Part shown: in pieces, positions 61,292-64,000 of the stretch
Position numbering within the stretch: the first letter of the stretch is position 1
Layout of the letters: the number at the start of each line of letters is the position of its first letter
DNA from: Saccostrea cucullata
Taxonomy: Eukaryota
Reading direction: 5' to 3'
DNA: 64,000 nt
Assembly (NCBI RefSeq): GCF_032062105.1
Contig: NW_026938566.1
Span: 124,001 to 188,000, forward strand
Made by a program: the position numbers and the translations under genes
Notes under the pieces: generated by a model
Told to the model about the DNA's origin: nothing
Seen by the model: only the letters and a program-made list of their open reading frames with translations
Database searches by the model: none

Positions 61292-63376
61292 ATGGGATGT
61301 CCCAAAAGGGCCATTGTCGTACTGTTGTCCTTTCTGGGTTTCCTGATTCTCTTTGGCTTCAGAACGGTGATCACCATAGTAATGGTCTACGTCATCAAAG
61401 ACAATGACAATGATAGGGTTGGTCTGTTTAAGGAGGTGAGTTTTTAAAATAAGATTTCCAATTTACCTTCTTAACGGTGAGAGAGTGTTTTCTTCTAGCT
61501 CATGTATCTTTTCTTGTTGGACTATGATGTCTCGCGTGAATCATCATGCTGAAAGGACAAAATACATACTTACAGGTGTTTCTCTTTCTTTTTTTTTTAT
61601 TTTAAAGGTCATTTCAAAACTTATAATATATTTTAGTGCACCATAAATGGTACAGCGTATGACCTTCAGTTAGACTGGAGTGTGGCCACTTCTCAGTACT
61701 TTAACACGGCCTATTTTGTGGGTTACGTTATCACTCAACTGCCAGGGGGATTTCTGGCTGTCCGATTCTCCCCAACAAAGTAAGTCGGCTTCAGTACTAT
61801 TTTTCATCCAAGATTTTGTATGTATAAATGTCTTACTCATAAACATGAATATAGGGTTAATTTTTCAAAAAACAATTTGGAACTTGAAATAGATCCAAAG
61901 TATCACTATGTTACAGAAATATTATGATGCTATTGCCTTCATTAATTGATTCATTCAGTCAAAGAAAGACTAAGTGAACAATATATCATGGTTCCAGTTG
62001 AAAAGGAATTGTTGATTGTTCCTTATCTTCACCTTTTTTATCTTCAAAATCATGTTTTACCATTATATCAACTGCATTTTAAACTTTAAAAATACTGTTC
62101 GTTATCTCCATATGTTTCACCCTAAATAAAGGACAGTAGCAATTTGGACGGTAACTGCAATGATGACAGAAATGTTAAACTATTTTACGCAAGGAAAATG
62201 ACATCCCTGGTGTCATTTCATTTGGGAGTCACATTAAAAGGCTATAATATCGCTTTACATTATGCTTATATTATACAACAATAAATCTCGAAACATTACA
62301 AATTGACTATCGGATCTTTTATTAATGACTAAAATTATAGTTATGTAAGTAGCTGCCATGGCTTTTTCATGTTACCCGATTCCAACCTAGATGTAGAAAC
62401 CCTAATACATGTACATATGGTTAAATGTTTTCAACTGGAAAATACCAGAGATAAAATTCATAAAAAGACTTGCTTTGAAATGATATTTTATATATTTCTG
62501 TTTTCAGGTTGTTCGGAGGAGCAATAATGATCAGTGGATCGTGTTTTGTGGTGCTAGCATTTATCATGAAGTATAGTCCAATTATAGTTTTTGTGATCAG
62601 ATTTATACAAGGACTTGCAGAGGTATTTTTTGTTTAATATATACTTGTATGCAGGGTTATTTTTCGCCTTGTTTCATTTTCGCCCTTTCACCCTAGCAAA
62701 CATTAAAGCCCCATTTTAAATTCGCCCTGTTACAGTTCTGTTTAAGAAATAATACCTACTTTGTTCTTTATTTGCGCTTTTTTTTTTTAAATTCACCTAT
62801 GTGTGTGATTAGGTTGAATGGCTATAAGTAAAACGGGAGATAATTTTCCTATTTAAAGTATACTTTAAATATATATTATAAAACAGTGTATACAGATTTA
62901 GATGTGTATGCCTATGAGAAAATATACATTGTTTAATACACTTCTGATGTTCACTGCATTGTATATTTCAAGGGTGTAAGTCAGCCCGCTATGAGTTCCG
63001 TGGTTTCCGCTTGGGCCCCAAAGTCAGAACGAACTAGGATAGTCGGAATCTCATTCTCAGGTTACTACTCGTGGGGGAAAAAAATATAAAGGGACAAAAT
63101 AACAATTTCTTTAAAAAAAAATATAAAGATAATAAAAAATATTTCGTGTACAATTACTATTCATTTTAAAATAAAATGAAGTGAAAATAAGGTTTAAGAA
63201 TTATTTGAAGAATTGATCATTTAATTTCGATTTATTGTTCAGAAAATTCATATTTAGAAAAGATATAATTCTTTTTTTTTTTTTTACAGGAATTTACCTA
63301 AGTACCTCACTGGCCTCTGTCATTGCTGGGGCCACCACTTGTTACGTCAGCTGGCATGCAGGGCTCTTCATCTACG
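61292..63376 (+). CDS. SLC17 VGLUT-like transporter, paralog 2 (first five exons; continues beyond the window)
   Basis: Exons 61292-61435, 61637-61779, 62508-62622, 62973-63060, 63290-63376, the same lengths as in paralog 1. MGCPKR, FGFR, GYVITQLPGG, RFIQGLAEG, WAPKSER. In-frame stop just upstream of the ATG. Confidence 0.92.
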
Positions 63377-63656
63377 GTAAAATTGTTGAAAAATTATGAA
63401 CATTTGCAACAACTTGTAATGTGATACACACTGAACGTTACATTACTTAATGTTATGCCAAATTGTCACCATTAAATATGTTGCTTTATTTCAGGTTTAT
63501 TTGTTCATCTGAAAAAAGTGTTGAAGGTACTAAGGGTCATCTTACTGACCAGTGTCATTATGTATATAAATTTTAGTCTATGTTAGTCGACTATATACAA
63601 ACATGGGACAATACCCATTATTCCTTATATCAGTAACTCCTTATATTTGTATTTGA

Positions 63657-63858
63657 TACTGAATACAGGGTTATTTTCGTCCCGTTTTATTTTCGCCCTT
63701 TCACACTTGCAGACTATTTTGCCCCGTTTTAAATTCGCCCTGTCAAAGTTTTATTTTTAAAAGTACTTATATTGTATTATATGAATTCGCCCCGTTTTTG
63801 AGGCTAGGGCGAAAGGGGCGAAAATAAAACGGGGGCGAAAATTTCCCTGTGTACAGTA
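63657..63858. mobile_element. TA-flanked MITE; older copy of the same family at 62642-62860
   Basis: TACTGAATACAGGG / CCCTGTGTACAGTA ends and internal TTTTCGCCC / GGGCGAAAA repeats. 62652-62730 aligns with 63667-63745. Confidence 0.8.
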
Positions 63859-64000
63859 ATTAAAATGTAAAAATATTTAAACCCAAAATGCTACCTAATA
63901 GTTATGAAATATCAAGACGTTAATTGTTAATTTCCATAGTCCCAGCCGTGAGAAATTGACAAGCATAATATGTACTTGAATTTCACTCGGCGAAATTAAT

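Overview
Eukaryotic, AT-rich, intron-dense animal DNA, most likely an ostreid oyster or related bivalve. That assignment is inferred from repeat architecture (HINE/pearl-like elements with ~147-bp internal satellites, TACG..CGTA and TTAA MITEs) and from expanded nAChR paralogs. Seven spliced genes could be reconstructed by hand with GT-AG boundaries and consistent phases: mitochondrial ATP synthase alpha (minus strand, 3' end beyond the left edge); BORCS8 (plus, divergent from it); an unrecognised 372-aa modular helical protein whose 13 coding-region introns are all phase 0; two tandem alpha-type nicotinic acetylcholine receptor subunits (minus) with altered ligand-binding aromatics; and two tandem divergent VGLUT-like SLC17 transporters (plus, second truncated by the right edge). 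Introns and intergenic DNA hold many non-autonomous DNA transposons, foldback MITEs, SINE fragments, a tRNA-Val-derived pseudogene nested in a transposon, and a complete minimal hammerhead ribozyme motif (26384-26425, minus). Two patchwork duplications could be transposon-mediated capture or assembly artefacts. Most short ORFs in the supplied track are exon fragments or noise.
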